64,000 nt of DNA, from contig JAAOMT010000183.1 in NCBI GenBank assembly GCA_016748015.1, forward strand, positions 507,877 to 571,876, written 5' to 3'. Positions within the stretch are counted from its first letter, which is position 1; every line of letters begins with the position of its first letter. This document shows positions 50,748-64,000 of the stretch, piece after piece. The notes under the pieces are model-generated. The model was not told where the DNA came from and ran no database searches. It worked only from the letters and a program-made list of their open reading frames with translations. Made by a program: the position numbers and the translations under genes. The DNA is from Geosiphon pyriformis uo1 (taxonomy: Eukaryota; Fungi; Glomeromycota).

Positions 50748-52072
50748 CTATATTGTGGTTTTGTCTTTATTCTCCCAATAACCAGGTCCGTAGTTCACGA
50801 AAATTTGTTCGTGAGCCTTGGATTTTAATCAGCGGAAAATATCATTATTTTAAAATTCACAAATAAATAAGAAAAATCTGCATAACGTCCTATACTCTCA
50901 CCTTAATGTTATCCCGGGCGATGTAAAGAATTAACCAGCGATTGTTGTAGATTATATAAATACCTTCACCGTTTTGATTGTCTGAGATTCGAGAAATAGG
51001 AAGAAAATAATGAGCAAACAAAATACGAAATCCAACTTTTCAACTTTCAAAGTTACCATCACGATGGTTGGCAAATCGCAAATAATTCCCTTTGTGCTTC
51101 GCATCGATAGCAACTCGAGTAACTTCCCCATCTGTGTCTGTGACATTAACAAGATAATTGTATTCCCAGGCTAAAAATGCAGTGGAAAATGAATTTTATA
51201 AATGTGAATTAGGCCTTTGCTGAAAAAAACTGTGTCCTTAAATACCAACCATAATCTAAATCAACCTGTTCCAGGGAATACACTCCTATTTAATAAACGT
51301 GTGAAAATGGCATATGTTCAAAATAATAATTCAAATATTTTTATATATTATTGATCAAATACCGCAGTATATACCGAGGAGCTCTCCTTCCTTTATATCG
51401 CGGCTGGCAAACATTCCATAACGCACTACATCATTTACCCAACGAGCGTATACGCGCTCATCATCCATGTATGTTCCATTCTTTATTTCCTCTTCTATTT
51501 TCGAAATCTGAGGTTTATATTTCTCTGTGTCTTTGTATATACCATACAGAACATTTTGACCGATTTTGGTGCCTTCGTTATGAAGCAGTGTTTCCAGGTC
51601 GTGATTTTCGAGTAATTTTTCCACCTCTGGGACAACTTCCTGATAAAAGGATTGAAAAAATTGTATCAGGAACATCCCCCACGATTGTGATCGAATAAAA
51701 TGATCAGCGTACCGGAAAATGTATTGGATCAACATTAAATTCTTTCTTGAAATCCTTCATGAAAATATGTTTTAGCACGAATGCTCCATTGTCGAGATAC
51801 GTTAATGAGTGATTTGATTTATCGACTAATTCAATCCATTGGATCCCATTAATATCATAGTCTTCTTGAATGATGCTGCATAATTTTTCTCTGCTATAAT
51901 TTTCCCAGGCAAATAAACCCGAGACAAAGAGGACGAAAAGTGAGAGAATAGTAATAGGTTGGAATGTCAATGTAATTGTATAATTTTGAAATATGCAATT
52001 TTGGATACATGAATCCTCGGATATAGATTTTTTTACAGCTATTGAAGAAATTTGAATATTTTCTTTGGACAT
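50748..52072 (-). CDS. SET-domain lysine methyltransferase-like protein with an N-terminal hydrophobic segment
   Basis: Six exons; 'YGMFASRDIKEGELLGIYCG', 'IDAKHKGNYLRFANH', 'YIARDNIKAHEQIFVNYGPGYW'; TM-like 'ITILSLFVLFVSGLFAW'; start codon tentative. Confidence 0.85.
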
Positions 52073-52699
52073 TTTGACAACTTATCAGGACATTTTTCAT
52101 GCCAATGTGACTAAATACTGCCCAAGACCCAGAATCCTACATCAATTTAACAAATTTTCTGATATTAAATTATTTTTCAATGTTAAATCATATGAAAATT
52201 TTCATCTTTCCGACCACATTGTTATTTGTGTTTGCTTAGTAAAATCCCCGATTAAAAATGGTCAAAAGATATTTAAATAAATCGTTAATTGGGAGAGAAA
52301 TTATCAGCCAAGTATCAATTCATTATAAATTTACTTTTTTCTTTGTTGTGAATTATTGAATTGATTTATCAGAGTCATGCAACATTGATTTTAATCGAGA
52401 ATCAGACTTTTGAAAAGTTTAGCCATGAAGAAATTATTTATTAAAATATTAATCTAAGTTCTAATCTAGCATTGTATTTTTTTTTATCATTGTTGTTAAA
52501 CTTGGTAGATTTTACGGAATAAAAAATAATTTTATTTAAATTTTATTTTTGACGAAATTTTTGTTTAATACTTTGTTTATTATAAAGGGTTCTTTCCATT
52601 GGCTTATATAACTACTGCACTAAATCACATGTAAGATAATAAACTTTATTAATCAAAGCTCCTGTTCTCCTGTTTAAAAACTTTCAATAAATAAAGGAT

Positions 52700-53050
52700 A
52701 TGTTTACCATTATTTTCAATATTAAGTTTTACATTACTCCTTCATCTACCTCACTAAGTTAATTATAAGGTTTTGAGGATATACAAATCCTAAAGATTTT
52801 TTTGACTGCCACTTCCCTTAAAAATGCTCTATAAGTCTTTTATAGGATTTAGTTCGGGACTGTTGATTATTGTCTTGAAGAAATTCGTTGGCTGTACAGC
52901 TGTTACCTCAGATTCTCATATAAGACACTTTTAAATTGTTTTTAAATAACTTTTCTAATAATGTTGGTAATAATATTGGAGAATTCCTTCTAAAATATTG
53001 TCCTGATTTTTTTGATTTTGAAATATGATAATGGATCTTTGACCCCTAAA
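52700..53050 (-). mobile_element. Short Tc1/IS630-like transposase remnant
   Basis: Minus strand 'EFLQDN' then (shifted frame) 'NSPELNPIKDL*SIFK'. Confidence 0.45.
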
Positions 53051-54268
53051 TGTTTGTTTGTCATTGTGAAAAAAAAAAGGGGGAAAAAGATGCACTGAAT
53101 TTATAATATTGTTAATTTGTTTTAATTGTAATAGGTTGCACTTGACTTTTTTTGAAGTTTTAATAAAGATAATCGTTAAGACATACATGGGTTTTAATTT
53201 AAAATATGGTTGTTAACATAATTAATCAATTACGTATTTGCTTTAAATTTTTAACAAACAGATTTTATTATTTTAACCTTTGTTGATTAAAATATTAAAT
53301 ATTGATAAAGAATGTGGCTGGTTACACGTAGAAAAACGCATGAATTGTTTCTACTATGTAATAATTCACTCTTATTTAGAGCATTCAAAAAAATATTGAT
53401 AAAGCATATCAATTACAAATATATGTGGTGCCCTGACAATTGGGATATGTAGTTTCGTGCCCCAAATCAAAATATCATTCTTTCTTTAAGCATTAATTCT
53501 AACTCTAATCCTAATTCTAGCCATATTTAGGCCAATTTTAATTTGAGGTAATTGTGATTTTAGCACAACATATATATATATATAATTTATTCTTTACTTA
53601 GAAAAAGTTTGTGATTGTTTGTAATTATTGCAATTACTACAATCTTCACAATTGTTAACAACTCCTGCAACTATTTTAATATTATAACAATTAATACTTT
53701 TTGTTGTTAATTAGTAAAATAATTTTTTATTTTCTTTGTAAATTAATCAATTTTCTTTTTAGTTATTAAGCTGGTTTTTCTTATTATTAAGTTAACAAGT
53801 TTTGTGTAATTTGCTTCTTTTATTGTTATTTTATAGATTTTAATGTTAAATAAAAGTAATTAAATTTTTTAATAAGTTTGTTTTTAATTTTGCAATAAAT
53901 TAATTCAAAATCTGGATATTAAATTAGTAATTATTGGTTTTTAATTATCTAATTTTTTATAAAAATTTATTGTATTTTTTAATATAAATTATAACAAATT
54001 TAGTTGGTTTTTGCTTAATATTTCAAAATTAATTTTTTAAAAATAATCAAGATATTATTATTAGTAAATTGCTCAAAAAAAAACAATTTTAAATGTTTGC
54101 TAATTAACAAACAAAATAACTTAATTTTCAAACTATTTATTAGTAGTTTTTTTAATATTTTTGTTGTATTTTTTTTATTTGTATTTACTATTTTGGTTAT
54201 TTTGTTAAATTAATTTTGTAAACTGGTTTTAATATTTTTTTTAAAAACTTTGAAATTTTTGTAATATA

Positions 54269-55537
54269 CAGTCTGAAACCAAAAAAATTGGACAAAAAAA
54301 TGCATCTTACAAGATTTAATCTAGTTTAACCAATTTTGGTTAGATTGTGGTGAGATTAGTTGGAAATGAATGTGAAAGTAAGTAACTATTGGCTTATATA
54401 TATTTTTTTAATTCTCATGCAAAAATGGCAACATCCAAGCAAAAAATACAACAACAAACAGTATTGTATTTTTGGAACCAAAGAATATAAATTGCAGCAG
54501 AAATACAGAAGTAAACAAATATATCATGTTCTATTATTTACAATATTCTTAAAAAACTCAAAAAAACCAGGGTGATAGAGCATGCAGATGGAAATGGTCG
54601 GCCAAAAAAGATTAAAATGGTTACTTTGCAAGTATTACAATTATACATCAAATGGGATTTCTCAATTTTAATAAAAACTTTGACAACTTTGTTGTCAAAA
54701 ATAAATGTAGAGGTATCCTATAGAACAATTGGGAGACATTTAGTATTTCTTGGTTACAAAAAAAACTTTCCTTGGGCCATCTCAATGCTTATTAATAAAC
54801 ATAAAAAGAGATGTTTGAAATAAACTTACCAACACTTGAATGACAATTGGGACCAAACTGTTTTTACAGATAAAATAGTCTTTTGTTTATTCCAGAACAC
54901 ACTAGAACATTGGTATAGAAGTTTATGGCCCATCCATGTCATTCCAAAAAATCGAACAAAAGTCTTTGCTTAAGGTAGTTTCTATAAAAAAGAAAAAACA
55001 AGTTTATTTTGTTTTACTGAAATAATAAATAGTCATTTTTACATAAAAATTCTTCATACTTATCTGTCTGAAATTAGAGGAATGTTTGAATGTAGGTGGC
55101 AGTTTTAGCAAAACAATGATCCAAAACACAAAAGCAAAGTTTCCCAAGCTTTTATAGTTGTTAATATTAATAATGTTTTTAACTGGTCTGTCAATTCACC
55201 CAATTTAAACCCTATTAAAAACTTGTAAGCTATTGTCAAGAATAAGATAGAAAAATGAATATCTAAAAATTGTAACCAGTTAATGCAGTTTATGAAAAAA
55301 AAATGGCAGATAATTTCCAAATCTATCTTTATTGAGTTAGTAGGATTAATAAAATAGCATTGTGAAATAGTGATTGTGAATAAGGGAAAAAAAATATTAT
55401 ATTAATTTTTTATTAATTTTTTTTAATAAAATAATGTGCTTTTTATCTTTCTAATAATATATTTTTTGTAAAATTTGATCCATTAATTAAAGCACAATAA
55501 TTAGTTTTTTGTGTCCAATTTTTTTTGTTTTATACTG
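54269..55537 (+). mobile_element. Tc1/mariner DNA transposon, structurally complete but decayed
   Basis: TA TSDs (54267-54268, 55538-55539); ~30-bp TIRs CAGT(C/A)T(G/A)AAAC(C/A)AAAAAAATTGGACA; transposase ~54425-55404 with 'GRPKKI', 'VFTDK', 'QNNDPKH', 'SPNLNPIKNL'. Confidence 0.92.
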
Positions 55538-55539
55538 TA

Positions 55540-56590
55540 TAAGATGGCTATATTTTTGTTTTTGTTTTTTTTTTGTTTTTTTTTTGTTTTTTTTCTTAAA
55601 ACAAATTTAAAAATATTTTTAGTGTTTTTTTTTGTTTGCTAATTTTTTTTAAATAATTACATAAATTAATACTAATGTAAATTTGTTTTGATTATTAAGT
55701 TAAACTTTTGATAATATAAAATTTTTTAAGTTAAAAAAATAATTAAGTAATAAGTTAAGTATTTAAACTTAAATAAATAAAACTAAAAATAATATAAATA
55801 TAACTTGTTTTTAGTTTTTTGTTTAGATATTTGCAAATATTTAACAGTAATTTTAATATATTATAAATTGTTTAATTAATTTAAAAAGTTTTTTTTGTTG
55901 TTGTTTTTTGGTTTTAATTTCAAATTAAGTAAAAATTATTAGGTAATAAAATGTTTTTTTATAAAATATTATAATATTATAATTAAGTTCTTAAAAATAA
56001 GTATTAAGTATTTTATAATTATATTTAAAATATCAAAATTTTTCTAATAATAAATATAAATTAACTAGTAAAATTTTAAAATTATTATATTAAAAATAAT
56101 AATTATTTTGAATAAAACTTTTTATTATGTTAAATTTTTAAAAAAAATTAAATATTACCAAAAATTTAGTTGATTTTTTTGATATAATTATTTTAATTTG
56201 TTGTTAATTTTATTGTTATTAAAAATTTAATAATTTTTAAAAGTTAAATTCTTTTTAAGTATTTTTTTATATTTTAGATTATTTATGTTATTAAATTTAT
56301 AATAAAATAACTAATTTATACTAATTATTTTATATAATTACTTTACAACAAAAGTTTTTACAAAACTTCTTAATTATTAACTTTTTAATAATATATATTT
56401 TTTTATAAAAAATTTTAATTATAAGCTATTTAATAAAAAAAACCAAATAAAAACAAATAAAACTAAAATATTTTTTATTTAAATTTAAAATTAATTAAAT
56501 TGTTATTAAAATTGGTAATTAATTAATTTTAATATATTAGTTAAAAATAATAAATTTTAAAACAAAGTTTAAATATATAAAAAGTTTTTA
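55540..56590. other. Extremely AT-rich block (also 53580-54266, on the other side of the Tc1 insertion)
   Basis: Almost only A/T, no ORF. Confidence 0.6.
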
Positions 56591-56593
56591 AAT

Positions 56594-58643
56594 TTATTAT
56601 TATTATTATTATTATTATGCATTTAATGAGTGAAATCCAATCATTATCTAGTATATAGAACCAAACTAAATGGTTCACATTAAATACAATTCATGTATTT
56701 ACTACATGTGACCAGCCATTTAGGCCAGATAAGGCAACACTACACACCTAATACGATTCACACATTACAATCAAGTTCAGAAAAAAAAACATGGTTTATG
56801 ATGGCCAAAACTAACAGCAAAAGACTCAATAATGTTAAGCAACCTAATCATATCATCTGACAGTAAAGAAGACACACCACGTGACAAATTCAATATCAGA
56901 CTACCATCCTTAACCAAACCAGCCCTCTTCATATCTGCCCTATATTTAGACTTTACCAGTTATGCCTTAGACTAATGCAATTTAACCAAATGCTTTATAA
57001 AATCAACAACCATACAGGAGGCCTTTTTTTTGTCAACAAAAATCTTAACAGCTTCCATGTATTATTCTTTCAGAACAAATCTTTTATATACAACAGAGTA
57101 TAGACCAACATCTGACAAACAATGGACAAGAGTTCTTAATACAGTAGAAGAATTCAAGTCACAAACACCTACTAAAGAAATCCAGCAAGTAGAAGCCTCT
57201 AACAAGATTTCATTTCGAACAAATATATCACAAGCATAGGTAAAAACATGATCTGGCAATTTAGTCTCATTACAAAATAAACACAAAACACCAGAGTAGC
57301 TTTTATCATATAATCTTTTTCTCACAGCTATTGGAAGTCTTCTATGCACAGCTTTTATCATGTATGTGTAAAGATTTGAAGTCTTTTGACTAGTGAACCC
57401 AGTAAGCATATGTGAGTCTGGATACCAAACCTTAGCAGTGGCATGCCAATCCAAATTTTTTAACATAGCACTTAGAATTACATCATAACCAGAGCCAGCC
57501 TCCCAACGAGCATAACAAATAAAACAAAAAATATTTCTAACAAAGTAACAGGCATTGCCAAATACAACAGAATTCTCAGCCATCAAAAAGTGTTTATGTA
57601 CTTCTGCTAATAACATGAAGAAGGAGCCAGTGACTTCACCTGTCAAAACATTAGCTCTCATATTGCTAGGAATTCCAGAATGACTTTTAACCTTAACCCA
57701 ATACACAAAAAGATCTTTATTTTTTATTAGATTAGAAATATGCCTCCTCTCAATCCAATACTGATTATGAAAATCTGGAAAATTACAAGAAACTTCAGAC
57801 ATACAAGCATTAATAGCAGTCTGGTTGTCAAGATACAGAACAACTGAACTGAAAGAAGGAACACATTCCAAAGAAAGAGCAACAGTCTGCAATTCAGTCA
57901 TTGTAAAAAAAAGAAGACCATAAACACCAATATCAATCCTCATATCCAAAACAGAGAAATACACAGCCACACTACTGACAACATTAGCAGAGCCAGCAAA
58001 TTTCAATGAATCATCCATGTAAACATCAAACAAGCCAGACCAAATCTCAAGCAAACTATTGTATATCTCAGCAAACCACTCAGAAACCAGAATGTTACTG
58101 CCAGAGAAGTGTCCAAGATTCATGGCATTAAATGGCAATAAATCCCTATTACGTAAAAACTTAGATGTAACATCAAACTACCATGGAACAGAACCTTTAG
58201 AACTAAGTCTCTTCTAATGATAGAATGTCCTCCACTTCATTATACCATCTTTTTTATCAAGAAGTCTATTACCAAAAACAATCCTAAAATGCTTTAAAGA
58301 ATGAACACAACCAAAAAATGAAGCATTTCCCAGAATTATTAACATAAGAAAATTACCAGGGCACTAAAAAGCACTGGGCAAATTGTTTGTTAAAGACAAT
58401 TCACAACTCAAAAAAATTTTAACCATGCCAGCTAGAAAATTATTTACAGAACTAACAAGCAACTTAACCAGAAACTGCAAAAAATTTAAGGGAGCCCACC
58501 CAAAGACTTGCAAATTCAAGAAATGATGAAGAAACAAACACCCAAAAATATTAGAAGCATTTGAAAAAGAGACTACTGTAGCTATCTTACTCTCAGATTG
58601 CACCTGATTAAAAGGTTTCAAACCATACAAAAAGAGATAATGT
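56594..58643 (-). mobile_element. LINE 3' portion (RNase H, C-terminal zinc motif, (TAA)n tail), interrupted by element D
   Basis: 358-aa ORF with 'VYMDDSL', 'TELQTVALSL', 'YLDNQ', 'WVKVKSHSGIPSN', 'CLFCNETKLPDHVFTYAC'; (ATT)n at ~56594-56618. Confidence 0.9.
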
Positions 58644-61600
58644 TGTTACAGATGATTATTTGGAATCTCAAATCAAATAACAAATTCATAACTTGGTGTT
58701 CAATATCTTGACAATGCTGGTGATACTAGTACGTTAGTTGTATCTGAAAGTTTTAGAGTTGAGTCCTTTGTATAATGAACAGAGATGTAGTTGGTTGGTG
58801 AGTTGGGTTCCCAATTTCTGTCTTCAGCTTGGTGGCTGGTTTATTCTGGCATTCGTGCCTTTTTAGTAAGCTATCTGTTAATATATATATAATTTTATCC
58901 TTATTTCTGGATCTTTTATCAGACTATCCGTGATGTCAATTACTTAGTGTTTTAATTCTTAATTAGTTAATATACAACAATAAAATTAAGAAAAGAAAAT
59001 AAAAGAAAAATAAAGAAATAAGCCAAGGCAATATGCAAGTTAATATCTGTCAATAGCCATGATCAAGAGCTATTGTTCCAGTGTGGTTAAGTATCAATTA
59101 CTATCAACACTTCATGTTGATAGTAAAGAGTAGATTTAAATGGTGAATGATTTATTTATTTAATATTTGTGAATGAAAAATTTCTAACTAAAGAATTTTG
59201 CTCTTTCTACTTCTAATGCTACCACTATATATACATAATTGATGTTCTATAAGATCGCTCACATTTCCAAGTGATGTGCTATGATTTCTTGAGCAATGCT
59301 CACATTGCTAAGCAATGTGCTCTCATTTTCTAACATTGTTCTACATTGCTGAGCAATGTGCTGTGTTTTCTGACATTGCTCTACATTGTTAAGCAATGTG
59401 CCATAATTTCTATTATTGCTTTACATTGCTAAGCAATGTGCTCATGTACTACATACTATTCACTTATTGGTTTACTATTTTCCTATATCTGTTTTTTTTT
59501 TATGAGTAACATTATTTTCTTCTTTTAATATTGAGCTCTATCGAAATCTTCATTTTGAATTAATTCTAATACTTCTTTTTCAAGTATTGTTTGTTTGACT
59601 CTGTTCTTCACGTCTTCTACTTGTGTATTGTTCATTCTTCCCCATTGGTTAATAGTTATGGTTTTCATGTCTGAGTGTAACAGTATTTCTGGATAGTTCT
59701 CAAATATGTTGTGTAGTTGATAAATTGTTCTCACATGTAGTGTTGAGTTCGTCTTTTTCCCAATAAATTCTTCAATTTGCTGTATTATATTTTGGTTAAA
59801 TATCTTTTTGGATTTGTTAATATACAACTCTTGAATATTCAACTTTTGACTTAACTGGTAGTAACAGTATAATATTGGAAGTTGTTCTGTCCATTGCTTC
59901 CAATTTTTTTTGTAAGTTCTTCTGTTAGTGCCATAATAGGTATTTTCCCAAAAGTGTTTTTTACTTTTTCTATTATGTTATTTGACCAGTTTTTATCATT
60001 CTATAATAACTGCTGATATGGTGTATTCTTTGTTTTTTTTTTGGTGTTTTAATAGTAGATTGTTTGGTTGTTAACAATAATTTCTATATCTAAAGATTGT
60101 TGACTTAAGGCCTGGAACAATTGTTAAGCTATAATGTGGATATAATCTGGTATTTTCATTTTTTCTTGGTTGCTTTTGTTATGTGTACTGTGTCTTTATA
60201 TATTCTTTTGGTTGTTCAATTTGCTGTGTTTGGTTCAATAACTATAATTGGTTCCAGATCTTGTGAAATCTCATCTGGTTGAACTAGTATTCTTTGTACT
60301 CCCAGTTGTGGAATGTTATTGGTAGATGATGATGCTATCTGGTAATATGATTTCAGTCAATCACCATGTGCTGTTTTGGCTAAAATTTTGTTGTTCTATC
60401 TTAATTTATAAGCTCCATTTCCAAGAATTTCTTTTATGTGAAATGATCCATCCCATTTGGAGTCAAATTTTCTATTCCATTGTTTTTCTGCTTTGGTACG
60501 ATATAGAAGTACTTTGTCTCCAATCTTGAATTCAACTGGTTTGTTTAGTAGTTGGTTATTGTGTCTTTTTTTTTGTTTTTCTTGTGACTTTTGAATGTTA
60601 TCAGCTGCTTTTTATTGCTTGTTTTTTAGAGTTTTCATTAAGTCATATGTTCTTCTTAGTAACGTTTCTTAAAAATTGTCTTCAGTTATTGGTTTTGTTG
60701 GATAAGTGTTGACTTCTATCTCAACTGGTAATGTTGCTGTTTTACCATATACTAATTCAAATGGTGTTGCTTGTGTAGTGTCTTGCTTCATTGTTCAATA
60801 AGCAAATAATACTGATGGTATAAACAAATTCTATTCATTCTGATTTTCTTGACTGATCTTGGTGATTGCTTTACACAATGTTCTGTTAAACCTCTCAACT
60901 AACTCATTTGTTTGTGAATAGTATGGTAATGATAGTGGTCTTTTTATCTCAAATCTCTGACTTAATTCTGTTAATGTTTTATTTACAAAATGAGTTCCTT
61001 AATCTGATAGTAGTTCTTTTGGACATCCATGTTGACATATCAAATCTTGATGGACAAATTTGGCAATGAATTCTGCATCTGCTCTTTGAATGGCTTTTGC
61101 TTCTGGCCATTTTGTGAAATAGTCCATAGCTACTGCAATATATCTGTTGTCTCTACTGGTAATTGTTAATGGTCTGACTAAGTCAATTCCAATGTGATCA
61201 AATGATTGTCCTACTTTAATTGGTTTTAATGGTTTACTGGGTTTTGTTTTACTTCTTCTTTGACAAGCATCACAATTTTGAACATATTGGATGATGTCCG
61301 GATACATTGATGGCCAATAATATCTTTTTCTGGTTCTTTCCATGGTTGCTTCTTTGTGAAAGTATTCTGCTGTTGGATCTGAGTGCATGTTGAATAATAT
61401 TGTTTCTTTCTCTGGTTTTGTAATTACTCTGGTTGGTTGATCTGAATTTTTTCTGTTTTTTTAGTAAAGTTTATTTTGATGATTGATAAAATATTTTGAT
61501 TGTTGTTTTATGTTGTTTTGTTCTTTTTGAGATAATTTCTCCTTGAACAATTGGGTATTTATATAATGTTGTAGTTGTTGGTATTTTTGTATATTCATCT

Positions 61601-64000
61601 TTTATTATATTTTTGGGTTGAAATGTTTTTAGATTTGTCTCATTTGTGATAGTCCATCAGCATTTCCATTGTCTTTTCCCTTTTTATAATGTACTGTATA
61701 ATTGAATAGTAAAAGTTCTATTTTCTATTTGGTGTGACAATTGTCTGCAAATTTTTGTTTCTGAATTGAAGTCAATTCTTTGTGATTAGTGTACACTTCA
61801 AACTTTTGGCCTAAGTATTCTTTCTATTTAATGACAGCCTAATAGATAGCTAAGTATTCTAGTGCTGGAGTTCCATAGTTCTTCTCAGCTGGACTTAAAC
61901 TTTTACTGGCATAAGCTACTAGATGTTCTCTTCCATTGGGTTTTTTCTGTGAGAGTACTGCTCCCAATGCTTGACCTGATGCATTAGTAGTAATGATAAA
62001 TGGTTTGTTGTAATCTGGATACATCAATACTAGAGCTTGGATAAGCTTTCTTTTCAATGTGTTGAAAGCTTTTTGTTGAGCTTCAGTCTATTCATACTTC
62101 ACATTCTTGGTTTGTAGATAGTGAAGTGGTTGAGCTAGTTTAGAAAAGTTCTTAATGAAACAATGATAGTAGCCTGCAAATCCCAAAAATGCTCTTAGTT
62201 CTGTCAAGTTGGTTGGTACTGGAAAGTTCTTAACTACTTCAATCTTGTCTGAATCCGTTTTGATTCCATCTTTGCTCACTACATGTCCCAAAAACTTGAA
62301 TTCAGTTTTTCCAAAGAAACATTTGGTTGCATTTAGTTTCAATCCAGCTTTTTTTAATCTTTTGAACACTTCTTGGAGATGATACAGATGATCATCAAAT
62401 GTTTTTGAGAACACATTGGTGTTATCCAAGTAAACAACTACTGATTTCCACAGTAATCCAGTATAGACAATTTCCATGAGCTGTTAGAGCATTCATCAGG
62501 CCAAATGGCATGACTTCAAATTCAAAATTTCCTTCTCTTGTAATAAATGTTGTTTTTTCTTTGTTAGCTGGATTCATGACTACTTGCCAGTAACTATTAT
62601 CTAGATCTAATGTTGATTTCCTCCGAAAGTGTCAAATAGTTCTTGGATTTTGGGGGTTAAATAACTATCTCTTTTGGTTACTCTATTCAGTTTCCGGTAA
62701 TTTACACAAGAGCAGATTTTCCCATTTTTCTTCTCGACTAGTACCACTGGTGACAACCATAGACTTATTGATAGCTGAATTAGCCTGTTATTAAGCATCT
62801 AATTGATTTCTTAACGAATGATCTCATGGCTAGCTGGTAGTACTCTGTATGCTTTTTGTTTAATTGACATTGTATTTTCAGTCTTGATCTGATGTTGAAT
62901 GATGTTAGTTTGGCCAAATTTATTTTTACTAGCAAAGATATTATTGAAATTGTTGAATAAAATCTTGAATTGCATCTGTTGAAGTGAATCTAGATTCCTC
63001 ATGTTCATCTATTCTAATTGTTCTGATTGGAGCAGATAACATTTACTTCTTTCATAGATGGTTTGTGATGTAATGTCGACATATCCACAAAGCTGTAGAA
63101 AATCTGGAATGTGGTTTGGTGGTTGATCCTCAACTTTGGTGGTTAAATATCCAATGATGATTCCCTTTGGTATTTCGATGACTTTTCCAGTTGCGTTATA
63201 GATGAGAATTTTGATGTTTTTGAGACTTTTGGCTGCTATGTAGAGATTGGTGAGTCTGATCTCCCCTGATTCACAAATGATGGCTTCTGCTTTAAACAAT
63301 TGGGCTTAATCCTTTACTTTTTTTTTATGGCTAATATATACTAGTCATATGGTGGAATGAAAATTGTTTGACAGGTCGAGATAATTTCTCCTTTGTCTAC
63401 AATTTCTTTCTCTGCCATATTAACTAGTATATCTATTCTATCTGTTGATTCAAATCCCTATATCTCTTTAGCTGTAATTTCTAATTCCTCTCTGTTTCTT
63501 ACTGACACTAACTGAGCTATTTTCACTAGAGGTAAAAATATTGCCTATGCTATTTTTTTATTTGGTTCTATAATATAGGTCTTTTTTGAGTCATTTTGTA
63601 GCATAGCAATAATATTTTCTACATATCCTGCATTAATTATTTCTCCTCTAATGTTGATTCCTTTTTTTGCTAAACTACTCCTAGATGCTAATTGAACCAT
63701 AATTGTTGCTAGAATTTCTAGTGCTATCTTAAAATCAATACATATATGCGAATGTGGTTCCAATTTAATGAGATTTTTTCTGGGATATCTTAGATCAAAC
63801 CCTGCATTGGTATTATGCATATGTTCTGACATGATACCTTTATTATTATCACTATACCATTTGAGTTCCTGCTCCTTAGAGAGATCAGGAAGTGCAATGT
63901 ATATTTCAGGGTTTGAATTGGAGTCTGAACTGTTGATATTTTTGTTGCCATCTTGTGCAAAGCTGGAACCAGTGTTTTTGTTGTCATTGTTGTTGAAGTT
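58644..64000 (-). mobile_element. Gypsy element D (family A): 3' LTR 58644-59511, ORF3, IN, RH, RT, dUTPase; runs off the window
   Basis: Reverse complement co-linear with ~5515-10904; 'HSDPTAEYF..CDACQRR', 'TTNASG', 'YLDNT', 'NAGFDLRY..SRSSLAKKG..NAGY'. Confidence 0.95.

Noticed and set aside
1-64000. Alternative genetic code or stop-codon readthrough explaining the many TGA/TAA/TAG in TE ORFs
   Set aside because: Stops differ between copies, arise from TGG/CAA/CGA by transitions, and host genes use the standard code

Overview
Eukaryotic fungal genomic DNA with spliceosomal introns. The gene and transposon style suggests an early-diverging Mucoromycota/Glomeromycotina fungus, possibly Geosiphon-like; this is inference and unverified. 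Two CpG-containing gene islands sit among nested, dead retroelements. Island 1 (~14.8-25.8 kb) holds a glycine-rich RRM gene, DRE2/anamorsin, a mitoribosomal RNase III-fold gene (MRPL15-like) with an intronic H/ACA snoRNA, PBP1/ataxin-2 with a U12-type AT-AC intron, and RPL12. Island 2 (~50-52.3 kb) holds a small membrane protein and a SET-domain gene with a predicted membrane anchor. The rest comprises two full-length Ty3/Gypsy elements (877-10904 +; 35080-44962 -), three partial ones, a solo LTR, four pieces of a LINE family that encodes RNase H, a Tc1/mariner element and extremely AT-rich blocks. The Gypsy elements have an unusual architecture: gag-PR-Cys-rich domain-dUTPase-RT-RH-IN plus a fast-evolving extra ORF3, 4-bp TSDs and a PBS folded into a hairpin. 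All five LTR insertions whose junctions are visible lie inside other TEs. All repeats show near-exclusively C>T/G>A hypermutation (RIP-like) while the genes are spared.
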